Assembly: GCA_963976575.1 (NCBI GenBank)
Contig: CAXBMV010000001.1
Span: 1 to 37,295, forward strand
Length of the DNA stretch: 37,295 nucleotides
Direction: 5' to 3'
Source of the DNA: an uncultured Gammaproteobacteria bacterium
Lineage (GTDB): Bacteria; Pseudomonadota; Gammaproteobacteria; GCA-001735895
Shown here: positions 1-10,767 of the stretch, piece by piece
Numbering within the stretch: position 1 is the first letter of the stretch
Layout of the letters: every line of letters begins with the position of its first letter
Translations under genes and position numbers: made by a program
Notes under the pieces: generated by a model
Databases searched by the model: none
Told to the model about the DNA's origin: nothing
The model's input: only the letters and a program-made list of their open reading frames with translations

Positions 1-491
1 TTTTTGAAATCATCGCCAGGAATCAAACCCAGCGCCTGACCATTCTTCAAGATCCGGGTACCCTTGCCGGGCATGTAATTGAAAATGAACTGGTCACCGG
101 CGACCGCACTGGTTTCGAAGTAACCATTGAATTGATCGATGCGTGATTTCAGGTTAGCGAGGATTTCTGCCGTCTGGTTTTTTTCGAAACCCTCGCGCCA
201 GGCCTCGAGCAGTTTTTCACTGGATACTTCCTTGTAGACAAAATCCAGCTGGATACGCCAGGGCCCGGGGGCTGACAAAATTTCGGCGACGTTTTCAGAC
301 TTACGCGTCAGGTAGAGCGAGCCGACGTAGACATCCACCCAGAACTTTTCACGCAGGCCGATGCCATTGAGTAACAGCTTCTGGCCATCCTCTGCCTTCA
401 CTTCATCGTCGACGAAAACCCCTGATAGTTCGGCGGCGACGAGAAAAGAAGAGGGAAAACAAAGAATTGCAGCAATCAGTAGTCGTTTCAT
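1..491 (-). CDS. chalcone isomerase-like family protein, secreted; 3' end outside window
   Basis: I translated the minus strand from the ATG at 489-491. It reads MKRLLIAAILCFPSSFLVAAELSGVFVDDEVKAEDGQKLLLNGIGLREKFWVDVYVGSLYL... The signal peptide and the LNG-G-R-K-YV-LYL block are typical of bacterial chalcone-isomerase-like proteins. The ORF runs off the left edge. Confidence 0.65.
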   Translation of the reverse strand, partial: MKRLLIAAILCFPSSFLVAAELSGVFVDDEVKAEDGQKLLLNGIGLREKFWVDVYVGSLYLTRKSENVAEILSAPGPWRIQLDFVYKEVSSEKLLEAWREGFEKNQTAEILANLKSRIDQFNGYFETSAVAGDQFIFNYMPGKGTRILKNGQALGLIPGDDFK

Positions 492-555
492 TGATTAAAC
501 CTCGAGCACTATTAGCGCAGTGTAAGCCCGCATCCGGGCAATTGGAACCCCGTGG

Positions 556-1158
556 CTAGCCCTTGCTGACTGACTCAGGTTTGATGTACTGGATGACGCC
601 GAGACGTATCAATTCGGCATGAAGAATAACTGCCCGGTCGGCGCAGTCGGGGATTTCGAGCAAGCGTTGTTTCAGATTCGATTCCAACGGTAACAGGTAG
701 ATGAGCTGGTAGAGTACATCCGAGAATCCGGGCTGCTGCTCAAAGACTTTGCCCTGCTGGGCACCGATGTGTTCGAGCAATTCGAGCATATAGTAAAACT
801 GCTCGGGGATTTCACTGGTATTGTTCTCTTCGAGGATATCGATTTCGGCCAGGGTCAGCCCGTCACTCTGGGTAGCGGTCGATTTTATTTCGAAACGCTG
901 CTCCCCCAGGGCGGTGATACCGAGCAGCCCGTCGGCGCGATGTTCCCAGTCACAAATGCTTGCGGTGGTACCGATGGTGTAGATATCCGAGTCTGCCAGG
1001 GTCTCTTCTCCCTTGTATATCAGGATGACGCCAAAATGACTCTGGTCACGCATACACCTGGCAATCATATCCAGGTAACGCGATTCGAATATTTTCAACG
1101 GCAACTTGTTGCCGGGCAGCAGGACGGTTTTCAGGGGGAAAAGGGGAATTTCAGCCAT
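556..1158 (-). CDS. Lon protease N-terminal (LON substrate-binding) domain protein
   Basis: The track ORF is 556..1212. IPLFPLKTVLLPGNKLPLKIFESRYLDMI is the classic start of a Lon-N domain. I prefer the ATG at 1158 (MAEIPLFPL) because the TTG at 1212 would overlap ubiX. Confidence 0.75.
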   Translation of the reverse strand: MAEIPLFPLKTVLLPGNKLPLKIFESRYLDMIARCMRDQSHFGVILIYKGEETLADSDIYTIGTTASICDWEHRADGLLGITALGEQRFEIKSTATQSDGLTLAEIDILEENNTSEIPEQFYYMLELLEHIGAQQGKVFEQQPGFSDVLYQLIYLLPLESNLKQRLLEIPDCADRAVILHAELIRLGVIQYIKPESVSKG

Positions 1159-1174
1159 TGTTCGCCATGCCTGC

Positions 1175-1786
1175 CTAGTCTGCCCCCCAGCGTGGGGACA
1201 ACTGGTTTTCAATATTCAACTGATCAAGAATGCGCGAGACGACAAAATCGACCAGATCTGACACCTTGCTGACGCCCTGATAAAACCCGGGGTTGGGCGG
1301 CATGATGATCACGCCGATACGCGCCAGCTTGAGCATGTTTTCCAGGTGTATTGCGGAAAACGGTGATTCACGCGGCACCAGGATGAGCGGCTTGCGCTCC
1401 TTGATGACGACGTCGGCAGCGCGGTGTATCAGATTATCGCTGGTGCCGCTGGCGATTGCAGCCAGGCTGCCCATGGTGCAGGGGCAGACCACCATGGCGT
1501 CGGCCACCGATGAGCCACTGGCCGCTGGTGCGGTCCATTGGTCTTTTGCATAAACGCTGATCTGCTCGGCATCGGCGTCGAAATAGTCGATGAGTTGCTG
1601 TCGAATTTTCTGCGGCGAGCCGGTGAGTTTTAACTCGGTTTCCATGCCGATAACGATTTGTCCGGGCTGCGAGGTTATAAACTGAACGTGGACCCCGCTA
1701 CTCAGTAATTGCTCGAACAGGCGCAGCGTGTAGGCGGCGCCGGAAGCACCGGTCATGGCCAGTGTAATGGTTTCGGGTTTCATCAC
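1175..1786 (-). CDS. ubiX: flavin prenyltransferase UbiX
   Basis: 203 aa. It contains LAMTGASGAAYTLRL, CPCTMGSLAAIASG and VPRESPFS blocks characteristic of UbiX/Pad1 flavoproteins. Confidence 0.85.
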   Translation of the reverse strand: MMKPETITLAMTGASGAAYTLRLFEQLLSSGVHVQFITSQPGQIVIGMETELKLTGSPQKIRQQLIDYFDADAEQISVYAKDQWTAPAASGSSVADAMVVCPCTMGSLAAIASGTSDNLIHRAADVVIKERKPLILVPRESPFSAIHLENMLKLARIGVIIMPPNPGFYQGVSKVSDLVDFVVSRILDQLNIENQLSPRWGAD

Positions 1787-3090
1787 TTGTTGTTTGATTT
1801 TTCTGCTTCAACCAGCTTATCGGTTGTCTGCGATAGTCGCGAGATCAGGTTTTCGAGAAAGATTCGATAGTATTGCAACTGGGTTTCGGTCGAGGCCTGA
1901 TCCATCAGCGAAGTGCTTACCGTCATCAGCGATACTTCGGTGCGCGCGACTATAGTGGCGATACGTGGTTGCTGGGTGAGGAATGCAATTTCACCGAAAC
2001 AGTCTCCCTGCTTCATCTTGCCGATGGTTTTGCCTGACTTCACTACTTCGACGCCACCCTTGGCAATAATATAAAAAGCGGTTTCCATCTCACCCTCGGT
2101 GACTATGACTTCGCCTTTCTTGAAATCCTTCCATTCGCTGGCGTTCACTACCTCGGTGATCTGTTCGTCGCCAAAATCCTTGAAGAAGGCGAGGAAACGC
2201 AGGGTTTTCCATTTTTCCTGCATATCGATGCGCTTGCCGACTTCGCGCAATCGACCGAAGGCGTTGCTCAAGTCCTTTGCCAGCAGGTAGGCCGATTCGT
2301 GGCGATTATATATTATCTTCTGCATCGCCTTCTCGGCGATCTTGGCGATATGCTCGGGTACTTCCGGATTCAGTGAGATAATCGGCTCGGGTTCCAGATT
2401 GCTGATCTTGTAGATCAGCGATTCCAGGCTGCTGGCCTTGTAGGGCGTTCTGCGTGCCAGCAATGCGTACATCACGGCACCCAGTGAATAAATATCGGAT
2501 TGCGCTACCAGGCGCTTTTCCTCGGAGAGTTGCTCCGGGGGCATGTACATGGGTGAACCCTGTAGCTCGGTATCCTGGCTCTCGAAGCCGACATCGATAT
2601 GGGCGATGCTGAAATCCATGATCTTCACCTCACCATCGTTGCTGAGCATGATGTTGCCCGGTTTCAGATCGCGGTGGATGACGCCTTCGCGATGCACGTA
2701 ATCGAGCCCCTTGGCGCATTGGTAGATCACGTCGACCACCTGGTTGGGGGTCAGGGTTTTACCCCCGGTGACATAATCCTGCAGAGTGACACCGTCGACA
2801 AATTCCATGACGATATAATTGAGATCACCTTCCTGGCCGGCATCGTATACGCTGACCACCGAAGGGTGGTGCATGCGTCCGGCGCTATACACTTCGCCGA
2901 AGAAAGCCTCGCGCATTTTTTGCTTGGTCCCGGGGTTGAGGTCTTCCTGGGAATGCGCCACCTTGATCGCCACGGTACGTTGTACGAAAGGATCGAAAGC
3001 TTCATAGACAACGCCCATTGCGCCACGACCGATGCGGCGCTTGATTTCATACTTGGCAATTTTTGTCGGGCGTTGCGATTTGTCGGTCAT
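1783..3090 (-). CDS. Ser/Thr protein kinase fused to a C-terminal cyclic-nucleotide-binding domain
   Basis: 435 aa. Hanks kinase motifs are present: GRGAMGVVY, AIK, HRDLKPGN, DFS and MPPE. The C-terminal part has FGEIAFL...PRIATIVA, a cNMP-binding FGE/R[ST]A signature. It overlaps ubiX by 4 nt. Confidence 0.85.
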   Translation of the reverse strand: MTDKSQRPTKIAKYEIKRRIGRGAMGVVYEAFDPFVQRTVAIKVAHSQEDLNPGTKQKMREAFFGEVYSAGRMHHPSVVSVYDAGQEGDLNYIVMEFVDGVTLQDYVTGGKTLTPNQVVDVIYQCAKGLDYVHREGVIHRDLKPGNIMLSNDGEVKIMDFSIAHIDVGFESQDTELQGSPMYMPPEQLSEEKRLVAQSDIYSLGAVMYALLARRTPYKASSLESLIYKISNLEPEPIISLNPEVPEHIAKIAEKAMQKIIYNRHESAYLLAKDLSNAFGRLREVGKRIDMQEKWKTLRFLAFFKDFGDEQITEVVNASEWKDFKKGEVIVTEGEMETAFYIIAKGGVEVVKSGKTIGKMKQGDCFGEIAFLTQQPRIATIVARTEVSLMTVSTSLMDQASTETQLQYYRIFLENLISRLSQTTDKLVEAEKSNNK

Positions 3091-3096
3091 ATTCGA

Positions 3097-4455
3097 TTAA
3101 CGAGATTGCATGGCCTGAATCAGGCGATTGTGTATGTTATCAAAGCCTCCATTGCTCATAATAACGATTTGGTCTTGTTGCTGACAATTATCGACCAAAT
3201 AACGAATAATTTCTTCGATATCGGCCTTGATTTCGACATGGGCGCTGCTAGCCGCCATGGTTGGAGCTATATCCCAGCTCAAATCCGGATTGTCGCAGAG
3301 TAAAACCTGATCGGCGGCATCAAGCGCTCGCCCGAGTTGCGCGGCGTGTATTCCCATTTTCATCGTATTGGAACGGATATCGAGCACTGCGAACAGGCGC
3401 CCCGGTGTGTTGTGTTTTAACGCCTGCAGGGTTACTTCGATGGCGCTTGGGTGGTGGGCAAAATCGTCGACAATGCGCACACCGTCTATTTCGGCGATGA
3501 TTTCCTGACGACGTTTTACGCCTTTGAACTGTGCCAGCGCCTCTAGTGAAACTTCGATGGAGACGCCGGCGTGACGTGCAGCGAGGATCGCGGCGGTGGC
3601 GTTTAGCGCGTTGAACTGTCCGCTCTGGGGAAGCACGAGCGGGTAACGCTGCTGGCTTGCGCTATCCTGCAAAACCGAATCGGCATCCAGGTAGAAATCG
3701 GTCTTGCCGGGGGTGAGCGAAAATCCGCATTGCTCACTCCAGCAACCCTGGGCCAGCACTTGCTGAAGCGCAGCGTCATCGCGATTATCGATGATCATCG
3801 CGCTCGCCGGCAGCGTACGGATGAGATGATGGAACTGTCGCTGAATCGCGGCGAGGTCGTCGAAAATATCGGCGTGATCAAATTCCAGATTGTTTAGTAT
3901 CAGGCTGCGCGGATGATAGTGAATAAACTTCGAGCGCTTGTCGAACAGTGCCGAATCGTATTCATCCGCCTCGATCACAAAAAACGGGCTGTCGCCGAGT
4001 TTCGCCGACTGCGAGAAATTCTGGCTGATGCCACCTATGAGATAACCCGGGTTGAGTCCTGCGTATTGCAGGATCCAGGCGAGCATGCTGCTGGTGGTGG
4101 TTTTGCCGTGGGTGCCGGCCACTGCGAGTACCCAGCGATTCTGTAGTACCTGCCGGTATAACCATTCTGGCGCGGAACTATAGGGCAGGCCGCGATCGAG
4201 AATTGCCTCAAGCTGCGGGTTGCCGCGAGAAATAGCGTTACCGATGATGTAGCAGTCGCAATCCTCGGGCATCGAGTCGACGCTGTAGCCTTCGTGCAAG
4301 CGGATTCCGGCCTGCTCCAGCTGGGTACTCATCGGTGGGTAGACGCCGGCATCCGAGCCTTCCACCTCTATGCCAAGCTCGCGCGCCAGCAGCGCGATTC
4401 CAGCCATGAAGGTGCCGCATATGCCAAGGATATAAATTTTCACTTGAACATCCAT
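3097..4455 (-). CDS. mpl: UDP-N-acetylmuramate:L-alanyl-gamma-D-glutamyl-meso-diaminopimelate ligase
   Basis: 452 aa. It is colinear with E. coli Mpl as I recall it: ILGICGTFMAG, VAGTHGKTTT, EADEYDSALFDKRSKF, NNLEFDHADIFDD, DDFAHHP, RSNTMKMG and MSNGGF. Confidence 0.92.
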   Translation of the reverse strand: MDVQVKIYILGICGTFMAGIALLARELGIEVEGSDAGVYPPMSTQLEQAGIRLHEGYSVDSMPEDCDCYIIGNAISRGNPQLEAILDRGLPYSSAPEWLYRQVLQNRWVLAVAGTHGKTTTSSMLAWILQYAGLNPGYLIGGISQNFSQSAKLGDSPFFVIEADEYDSALFDKRSKFIHYHPRSLILNNLEFDHADIFDDLAAIQRQFHHLIRTLPASAMIIDNRDDAALQQVLAQGCWSEQCGFSLTPGKTDFYLDADSVLQDSASQQRYPLVLPQSGQFNALNATAAILAARHAGVSIEVSLEALAQFKGVKRRQEIIAEIDGVRIVDDFAHHPSAIEVTLQALKHNTPGRLFAVLDIRSNTMKMGIHAAQLGRALDAADQVLLCDNPDLSWDIAPTMAASSAHVEIKADIEEIIRYLVDNCQQQDQIVIMSNGGFDNIHNRLIQAMQSR

Positions 4456-4970
4456 ACCGCAACAATCAGGTAGTTAAAGAAAAAAACAAACGATATCACG
4501 GCAGAAAGCTGTGTTGAGATAGCAAAAGCGCGCTTGAATATCAATGACAACACGGCCAGATACCAGATGGCAATCAAAAGCCTGACCGAAAACAACAGGC
4601 TCACTGCTCTACCGCTGTCCGCGGCAAAGCTCACAGCGTAGTGATAAGCCGGAAGTGATACCGCGGTAATAATCAAATTGATACCGATCAAAGCGGAAAG
4701 GGTTTGCTGAAAACGCGGCAGGGTTTTCTTCATCCTCAGGCCGAGGTAGGTGATCATTCCGAGCATCGCCAGTTCCAGAAGTATTTCTGCGCTAATCGTC
4801 AGATAGGTTCGTTCCGGTTCGACCAGAAACAGCCCGAGCAGCAGGTAGGCAAACAGGCTAAGCAGGATGCAATAGGGATTGGCTGGTAATCGATCGGGGC
4901 TGGACAGGAACAGGCACATCGATGCGTAGTGCCTGAGGCAAGTTAGCCATTGCCCAAGGGTTTGCGCCAT
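4440..4970 (-). CDS. multi-pass inner-membrane protein, function unknown
   Basis: 176 aa with about 5 hydrophobic helices. It lies directly upstream of mpl with a 16-nt overlap. I recognised no family. Confidence 0.6.
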   Translation of the reverse strand: MAQTLGQWLTCLRHYASMCLFLSSPDRLPANPYCILLSLFAYLLLGLFLVEPERTYLTISAEILLELAMLGMITYLGLRMKKTLPRFQQTLSALIGINLIITAVSLPAYHYAVSFAADSGRAVSLLFSVRLLIAIWYLAVLSLIFKRAFAISTQLSAVISFVFFFNYLIVAVWMFK

Positions 4971-5101
4971 ATTAACAACCGGAATTTGCGGGAAGCCCCA
5001 TGATCACTTAGATGGCAGTGGAACACAATAAGGCGGGAAAATGAATGTTGAAAAATTCTCAGTTGGTTATAATCACGCCCATTTTCGGCAACTCGAATAA
5101 C

Positions 5102-6025
5102 ATGAGCCACACACACACCACCGATTTAACCACCTTTCAGGGCCTGATTCAGGCCCTGCAAAATTTCTGGTCGGCGCAGGGTTGTGTGATCATGCAGCCG
5201 CTGGATATGGAAGTCGGCGCGGGAACTTTTCATCCGGCAACCTTTATCCGTGCGATTGGCCCCGAACCCTGGCGGGCAGCATACGTGCAACCCAGCCGTC
5301 GTCCCGGCGATGGGCGCTATGGCGAAAACCCGAACCGGCTGCAGCATTACTTCCAGTTCCAGGTGATACTCAAACCCTCGCCCGATGATTTCCAGGCGCT
5401 TTATCTGGCATCCTTGCAGGCGCTTGGTTTCGATCCGCTGGTGCACGACATCCGCTTTGTCGAGGATAACTGGGAATCACCCACTCTGGGTGCCTGGGGA
5501 CTGGGCTGGGAAGTCTGGCTGAATGGCATGGAAGTTACCCAGTTCACCTATTTTCAACAGGTAGGCGGACTCGAGTGCCGCCCGGTATCGGGAGAGATAA
5601 CCTACGGTATCGAGAGGCTGGCCATGTATCTGCAGGGTGTCGACAGTATTTATGACCTGCTCTGGAGTCGCGGCCCCGCGGGCGATATCAGCTATGGCGA
5701 TATTTATCATCAGAACGAGGTTGAGCAATCCGCTTATAACTTTGAGCTGGCCGATACTGAGGCGCTGTTCCACTGGTTTGATGTCTGTGAATCCCAGTGT
5801 CAGCAGTTGATCGAGCAGAAGCTTTCGCTACCGGCCTACGAGCAGGTAATGAAGGCTTCGCATGCCTTTAACCTGCTCGATGCGCGCCATGCTATTTCGG
5901 TAACCGAACGCCAGCGATTTATTCTGCGGGTTCGAGCGCTGTCGCGGGCGGTAGCGCAAACTTATTTCGAATCCCGAGAAGCGCTCGGTTTTCCGCTGAT
6001 CAAGCAGGTGGCTGGCGATGAATAG
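5102..6025 (+). CDS. glyQ: glycine--tRNA ligase alpha subunit
   Basis: Track ORF 5045..6025. [40 protein letters not shown] and [16 protein letters not shown] are near-invariant GlyQ blocks. The ATG at 5102 gives the usual length. Confidence 0.95.
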   Translation: MSHTHTTDLTTFQGLIQALQNFWSAQGCVIMQPLDMEVGAGTFHPATFIRAIGPEPWRAAYVQPSRRPGDGRYGENPNRLQHYFQFQVILKPSPDDFQALYLASLQALGFDPLVHDIRFVEDNWESPTLGAWGLGWEVWLNGMEVTQFTYFQQVGGLECRPVSGEITYGIERLAMYLQGVDSIYDLLWSRGPAGDISYGDIYHQNEVEQSAYNFELADTEALFHWFDVCESQCQQLIEQKLSLPAYEQVMKASHAFNLLDARHAISVTERQRFILRVRALSRAVAQTYFESREALGFPLIKQVAGDE

Positions 6026-8081
6026 CACTTGTCTGGTGGAGCTTGGAACCGAGGAATTGCCGCCGAAATCCTTGCAGATTCTGTCGCAGGCTTTTGCCGA
6101 GAACCTGCGTTTGGGACTGCTCGAATACGACCTCGCGGCGGCCTCGATAAAAACTTATGCCACACCTCGACGACTGGCGTTGCTATTGCAGGATGTTCCC
6201 GTGCAGCAAGCCGATCAGACGGTCGAGAAACGCGGTCCCGCGCTCGATGTCGCATTCGACAGCGAAGGCAAGCCCTCCGGTGCGGCACTTGGCTTTGCGC
6301 GTTCCTGCGGCGTGGATATTGCGCAACTGGAAAGGCGCGAAACAGACAAGGGTAGCTGGTTGTATTTTACTCGCGAACAGCCCGGAAAACGCCTCGCTGA
6401 GCTCTTGCCCGAACTGATCAGCAAGGCGCTACAAAAGCTTCCCATCGCCCGGCGCATGCGCTGGGGTGATCGCGACGACGAGTTCGTACGCCCGTTAAAA
6501 TGGCTGGTGTTGATGCTGGATAGCGAACTGATCGAGGCCGAAATACTCGGGCAGCATTCATCCACACATACCTATGGTCACAGGTTTCACGCACCCGCAG
6601 CCATTGAGATTGCAAAGGCCGATGATTATGCGGATTTGTTGCGCAGTCAGGGTATGGTGATAGCCGATTTCGCTGAGCGTAAGACGGCGATAAGAGACAT
6701 GATCGAGAAGGCGGCGAGCCAACTGGGTGGACAGCTACCCATCGATGAAAATCTGCTCGACGAAGTCACTGCGTTGGTGGAATACCCCGCTGCGGTATGC
6801 GGTTCATTTGACGCCAGTTTCTTGCAGATCCCGCAGGAAGTGCTGGTGATGACCATGCAGGATAATCAAAAGTATTTCGCCATCTACGACGAGGCGGGCA
6901 AGTTGTTACCCCATTTTATCGCCATTGCCAATATCGATAGCCTCGATCCCGCCGTGGTCGGCAATGAACGCGTCATCAGGCCGCGCTTTGCCGATGCGCG
7001 CTTTTTCCTCGAGCAAGACAATAAACAGGGGCTGGAGCGGATGCGAGGGCGTCTGGCATCTGTGATATTCCAGAAAAAGCTGGGCAGTATTGGCGACAAG
7101 ACTTTGCGTCTTACCCGTCTGGCCAAGTATATCGCCAGTCAAACCGGTGCGGACCAGGATCTGGTGCGCCGGGCTGCAGAACTCTGCAAGGCTGACCTGA
7201 TGAGTGACATGGTCGGTGAATTTCCAAAGCTGCAGGGCGTTATGGGGCGATATTATGCTCAGCATGAACAGGAAAACGGCGAAGTCTGCATCGCCTTAGA
7301 ACAGCACTACTGGCCAAGATATTCAGGTGACAAGCTGCCGCAATCTGATATCGCCCAGGCGATAGCGCTGGCCGACAGACTGGACAGTCTGGTGGGCATA
7401 TTTGCGATCGGACAAAAACCCACCGGCGACAAGGATCCTTTTGCCTTGCGCCGTGCCGCGCTCGGCGTGGTGCGTATCCTGATCGAGAGTCGCCTCAACC
7501 TCGATCTGGCAGACCTGTGTCGTTCCGCAGCAGAAGGTCACGCCAGGGAACTCGAAGCCGCCAATGTGGTTGATGATGTAATCGAATATATTTTCGATCG
7601 ACTGCGCGCTTACTACCAGGAACAGGGGATAGGCTTCGATCTTGTCGACGCGGTAACCTATAACCAGCCAGGCTTACTCTACGATTGCGAATTGCGTGTC
7701 AGGGCGTTGCACCAGTTTCAGGGGCACGAAGCTGCACAATCGCTGGCCGCGGCGAACAAGCGAATCAGCAATATTCTGAAGAAACAGGCCGACAGTGGTA
7801 CTGCCGTCGTCGATGCAGGTTTATTCAGCGAGGATGCAGAGCGGCAGCTTTTTCAGCAGCTGCTAGAGTTACAGGATACGGTGGCAGCCTTATTTTCACA
7901 GGGTGAGTATTTGCAGGGCCTGAACCGGCTCGCGGATTTGAGGCCTGCAGTGGACTGTTTTTTCGACGATGTCATGGTAATGGTAGACGACGATGCGGTG
8001 AAAAATAACCGGCTTGCACTGCTTGCACAACTACTGCAAAGTTTCCGCAAGGTGGCAGATTTCTCGCGGATTCAATCCTGA
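6018..8081 (+). CDS. glyS: glycine--tRNA ligase beta subunit
   Basis: 687 aa with an 8-nt overlap with gly[23 protein letters not shown] and [11 protein letters not shown] blocks are typical of GlyS. Confidence 0.95.
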   Translation: MNSTCLVELGTEELPPKSLQILSQAFAENLRLGLLEYDLAAASIKTYATPRRLALLLQDVPVQQADQTVEKRGPALDVAFDSEGKPSGAALGFARSCGVDIAQLERRETDKGSWLYFTREQPGKRLAELLPELISKALQKLPIARRMRWGDRDDEFVRPLKWLVLMLDSELIEAEILGQHSSTHTYGHRFHAPAAIEIAKADDYADLLRSQGMVIADFAERKTAIRDMIEKAASQLGGQLPIDENLLDEVTALVEYPAAVCGSFDASFLQIPQEVLVMTMQDNQKYFAIYDEAGKLLPHFIAIANIDSLDPAVVGNERVIRPRFADARFFLEQDNKQGLERMRGRLASVIFQKKLGSIGDKTLRLTRLAKYIASQTGADQDLVRRAAELCKADLMSDMVGEFPKLQGVMGRYYAQHEQENGEVCIALEQHYWPRYSGDKLPQSDIAQAIALADRLDSLVGIFAIGQKPTGDKDPFALRRAALGVVRILIESRLNLDLADLCRSAAEGHARELEAANVVDDVIEYIFDRLRAYYQEQGIGFDLVDAVTYNQPGLLYDCELRVRALHQFQGHEAAQSLAAANKRISNILKKQADSGTAVVDAGLFSEDAERQLFQQLLELQDTVAALFSQGEYLQGLNRLADLRPAVDCFFDDVMVMVDDDAVKNNRLALLAQLLQSFRKVADFSRIQS

Positions 8082-8114
8082 GTTCCGGTTGGTTAAACAC
8101 AGAGGAGATGGTCA

Positions 8115-8660
8115 GTGGCAAAAATGGTAATCCTGGACAGGGATGGTGTCATCAATCATATCGCTGAGGATGACATAAGCTCTGTAGACGCATGGGAACC
8201 TATTGCTGGTAGTATCGAGGCGATTAGCCGTTTGAAAAAGGCGGGTTACCTGGTGACTATCGCCAGTAACCATTCGGGCATATCCCGGGGGTTATATAGC
8301 GAAGACGAACTGAACGCGATGCATGAAAAACTGAATCGCCTGCTGGAAATGCGCGGCACCGGTGTCGATGGCATATTTTTCTGTCCGCATGGCCCTGAGG
8401 CCAATTGCATATGCCGTAAACCCAAACCCGGTTTACTTTTCCAGATTGCAAAAAAATTCAATATCGATCTCACTGTGACGCCCTTAGTCGGAGATAACAT
8501 CAGCGATATCAAGGCCGCAAAAATGGTCAATGCCTTGCCAGTGCTGGTACGCACCGGCAAGGGCGAGTACGTCATGCAGCATTATCCGGAAGCACTCGAC
8601 GTTCCGGTTTACGACGATCTCGCGCATTATGTCCGCGAAACCCTGCGACGCAACAAGTAA
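8115..8660 (+). CDS. gmhB: D-glycero-beta-D-manno-heptose-1,7-bisphosphate 7-phosphatase (HAD family)
   Basis: 181 aa with a GTG start. It has the HAD motif I LDRDGVIN, the Zn-loop CPHGPEANCICRKPKPG, and VGD. Confidence 0.85.
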   Translation: MAKMVILDRDGVINHIAEDDISSVDAWEPIAGSIEAISRLKKAGYLVTIASNHSGISRGLYSEDELNAMHEKLNRLLEMRGTGVDGIFFCPHGPEANCICRKPKPGLLFQIAKKFNIDLTVTPLVGDNISDIKAAKMVNALPVLVRTGKGEYVMQHYPEALDVPVYDDLAHYVRETLRRNK

Positions 8661-8663
8661 GAA

Positions 8664-9425
8664 ATGACAAGCCCGCTTTATCGATTCTTCCTGGTACTCA
8701 GGTCCACCCTGTTCTGGATTGTGTTTCTGCCGGGAATATTGCTCGCGGCGACAATTGTGTCGCTGAGCTTTTTCATGCCGCTGGGTTTTCGCATCGCGGT
8801 CATCAAGATCTGGATAGCTATCACACTTTGGACGCTGAAAGTATTCTGTGGACTGAAGTATGAGGTAGAGGGTCTGGAAAATATTCCGCAGGATGGCTTT
8901 ATCATCATGAGCAAGCATAGCTCGACCTGGGAAACATTGGCGCTGCAAAAATTTTTCGAGCCGCTGGTCTGGGTGGTAAAGCGCGAACTGACCAGGCTTC
9001 CCTTCTTCGGTTGGGCCCTGTTGGCGATGAATGCAATCGCGTTAAATCGCGGCACTGGACGCAAGGCGATCAACCAGTTGATCAGCGAAAGCAAGGCGCA
9101 TATGGACAAGGGCCGAATCCTGATGTTGTTTCCCGAGGGTACCCGAGTATTGCCGACCCAGCACAAACCATTCAAGCTCGGCGGTGCGATCGTGTCGCAA
9201 CGTACCGGTTACGCGGTATTACCGATAGCGCATAACGCGGGGGAGTTCTGGCCCAGGCATAGCTGGATAAAATGGCCGGGTACGATTCGCGTAGTCATAG
9301 GAAAACCAATTTCTCCCGATGGCAAGAAACCCGAACAAATCATAGCCGAGGTTGGCGACTGGATTACCCGGGAGTGCGAGCGCATTAGCGATAAGAAGCA
9401 ATTGCGCCGCCTCGGTATCAAGTAA
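8664..9425 (+). CDS. plsC: 1-acyl-sn-glycerol-3-phosphate acyltransferase
   Basis: 253 aa with N-terminal TM segments, an acyltransferase H-box variant (SKHSSTWE) and the FPEGTR motif. glyQS-gmhB-plsC synteny is common in gammaproteobacteria. Confidence 0.85.
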   Translation: MTSPLYRFFLVLRSTLFWIVFLPGILLAATIVSLSFFMPLGFRIAVIKIWIAITLWTLKVFCGLKYEVEGLENIPQDGFIIMSKHSSTWETLALQKFFEPLVWVVKRELTRLPFFGWALLAMNAIALNRGTGRKAINQLISESKAHMDKGRILMLFPEGTRVLPTQHKPFKLGGAIVSQRTGYAVLPIAHNAGEFWPRHSWIKWPGTIRVVIGKPISPDGKKPEQIIAEVGDWITRECERISDKKQLRRLGIK

Positions 9426-9459
9426 TCCATGAGACGAGGCCTGGGGTATAGTTCCGCTT

Positions 9460-10767
9460 ATGAAGCCAGCGATCCAAAAATGCTGCCGCGCCAGGGCAGC
9501 TAAATTTATTCTGCTTTGCCAGCTGCTGTTGCTGGCAGCCTGTTCCGAAGGTGGCAGCCCCTTTGCCATCACGGGTTGCAGCATCGCGCAACAGAATGAA
9601 ACCGTGCACAAGACTATGCTGGACAGCTATTACTGGTATGACAGGGTAGCAAGCAGTATCGACTACAATGCTTTCGCGTCCCCCGCGGAAACCCTCGATT
9701 ACCTGCGCTATGCGACACTGGATCGATTTTCTTACATCAGCCCGCAAGCCGACTTCAGCAATTTCATTAACAACGGTACTTACCTGGGCTATGGATTCGC
9801 TTACAAGGTTGAGAGCGATGACAGTGTCTGGGTGCAATTCGTTTATACCCTGTCGCCGGCCACCACAGCAGGTCTGCAGCGCGGAGACCGCATACTCAGC
9901 GTTAACGGACAGCCGGTGGCCAGCATTATCGCCGCCGATAGTTGGGGCAGCGTATTTGGCGCAGACCTGGCGGGCCTCCCGCTTGCGCTGGAAATACAAC
10001 GAAACATGGCGCTGCAAACCCTGAGTATGAGCAAGGCAACAGTGACGATCAATACGGTATTGTTCAGCGATATCATCGATAACGGCACAAACAAAATCGG
10101 TTATCTGGTATTCAACAACTTTCTCAACACGTCGACAGCCGAGTTTGCGCCGGTATTTGCCCAGTTCAAGACGGCTGGTGTCGATCGATTGATACTCGAT
10201 CTTCGCTACAACGGTGGTGGAAGCGTCCCGGTTGGCAGAGAGCTGGCCAGTTATATCAAGTCCAGCGCGGTTGCCAATAGCGAGGTTTATGTCGAACTGC
10301 GCTATAACAACCGGCACCCGGAATACAATTTCGCCTTTTATTTTTCACCCAGGGCGAATTCGCTGGGGCTTGCCGAAGTCACTGTTATTACCAGCGAGGC
10401 GACCTGTTCTGCCAGTGAGCAATTGATATCGGGTCTGGACCCTTATCTCGATGTCACTACCATAGGTAGTCGCAGCTGCGGCAAGCCGGTGGGGATGAAC
10501 CCACTCAATTTTTGTGACTCCACGCTATTGGCAGTGAATTTTGCCAGCTTTAATGCAAACCGGCAGGGGGATTATTACAGTGGTATCCCGGCCGACTGCG
10601 CGGCTGGTGACGATCTCGCTTTTGCGCTAGGCGACCCCGCCGAACCGATGCTGCAGGCGGCCAGGCACTATGTTGAGAACCGTAGTTGCCTGACGACTCC
10701 ACGGCCGCAGCAGCAGCCGGCAAGGCGACCAGCTGTCGGACTGGAGGCGATGATCGGTGCGGTATAG
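9460..10767 (+). CDS. S41-family peptidase lipoprotein with PDZ-like region
   Basis: 435 aa. It has a lipobox (LLLAACS), a PDZ-like GLQRGDRILSVNG, the S41 core ILDLRYNGGGS, and the Ser-containing TSEATCSASEQLISGL. Confidence 0.8.
   Translation: MKPAIQKCCRARAAKFILLCQLLLLAACSEGGSPFAITGCSIAQQNETVHKTMLDSYYWYDRVASSIDYNAFASPAETLDYLRYATLDRFSYISPQADFSNFINNGTYLGYGFAYKVESDDSVWVQFVYTLSPATTAGLQRGDRILSVNGQPVASIIAADSWGSVFGADLAGLPLALEIQRNMALQTLSMSKATVTINTVLFSDIIDNGTNKIGYLVFNNFLNTSTAEFAPVFAQFKTAGVDRLILDLRYNGGGSVPVGRELASYIKSSAVANSEVYVELRYNNRHPEYNFAFYFSPRANSLGLAEVTVITSEATCSASEQLISGLDPYLDVTTIGSRSCGKPVGMNPLNFCDSTLLAVNFASFNANRQGDYYSGIPADCAAGDDLAFALGDPAEPMLQAARHYVENRSCLTTPRPQQQPARRPAVGLEAMIGAV

Noticed and set aside
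2599-3303. 234-aa +-strand ORF, and similar 60-170-aa ORFs antisense to core genes (e.g. 769..1272, 12664..13110, 16525..16980)
   Set aside because: They lie opposite strongly supported genes (kinase/mpl, Lon-N/ubiX, ABC-F, CheB/CheR). They are typical shadow ORFs of GC-rich coding DNA.
9418-10317. 299-aa minus-strand ORF
   Set aside because: It is antisense to the S41 peptidase gene, which has clear family motifs (DLRYNGGG, SASE). The antisense product has no recognisable features and looks like a GC-rich shadow ORF.
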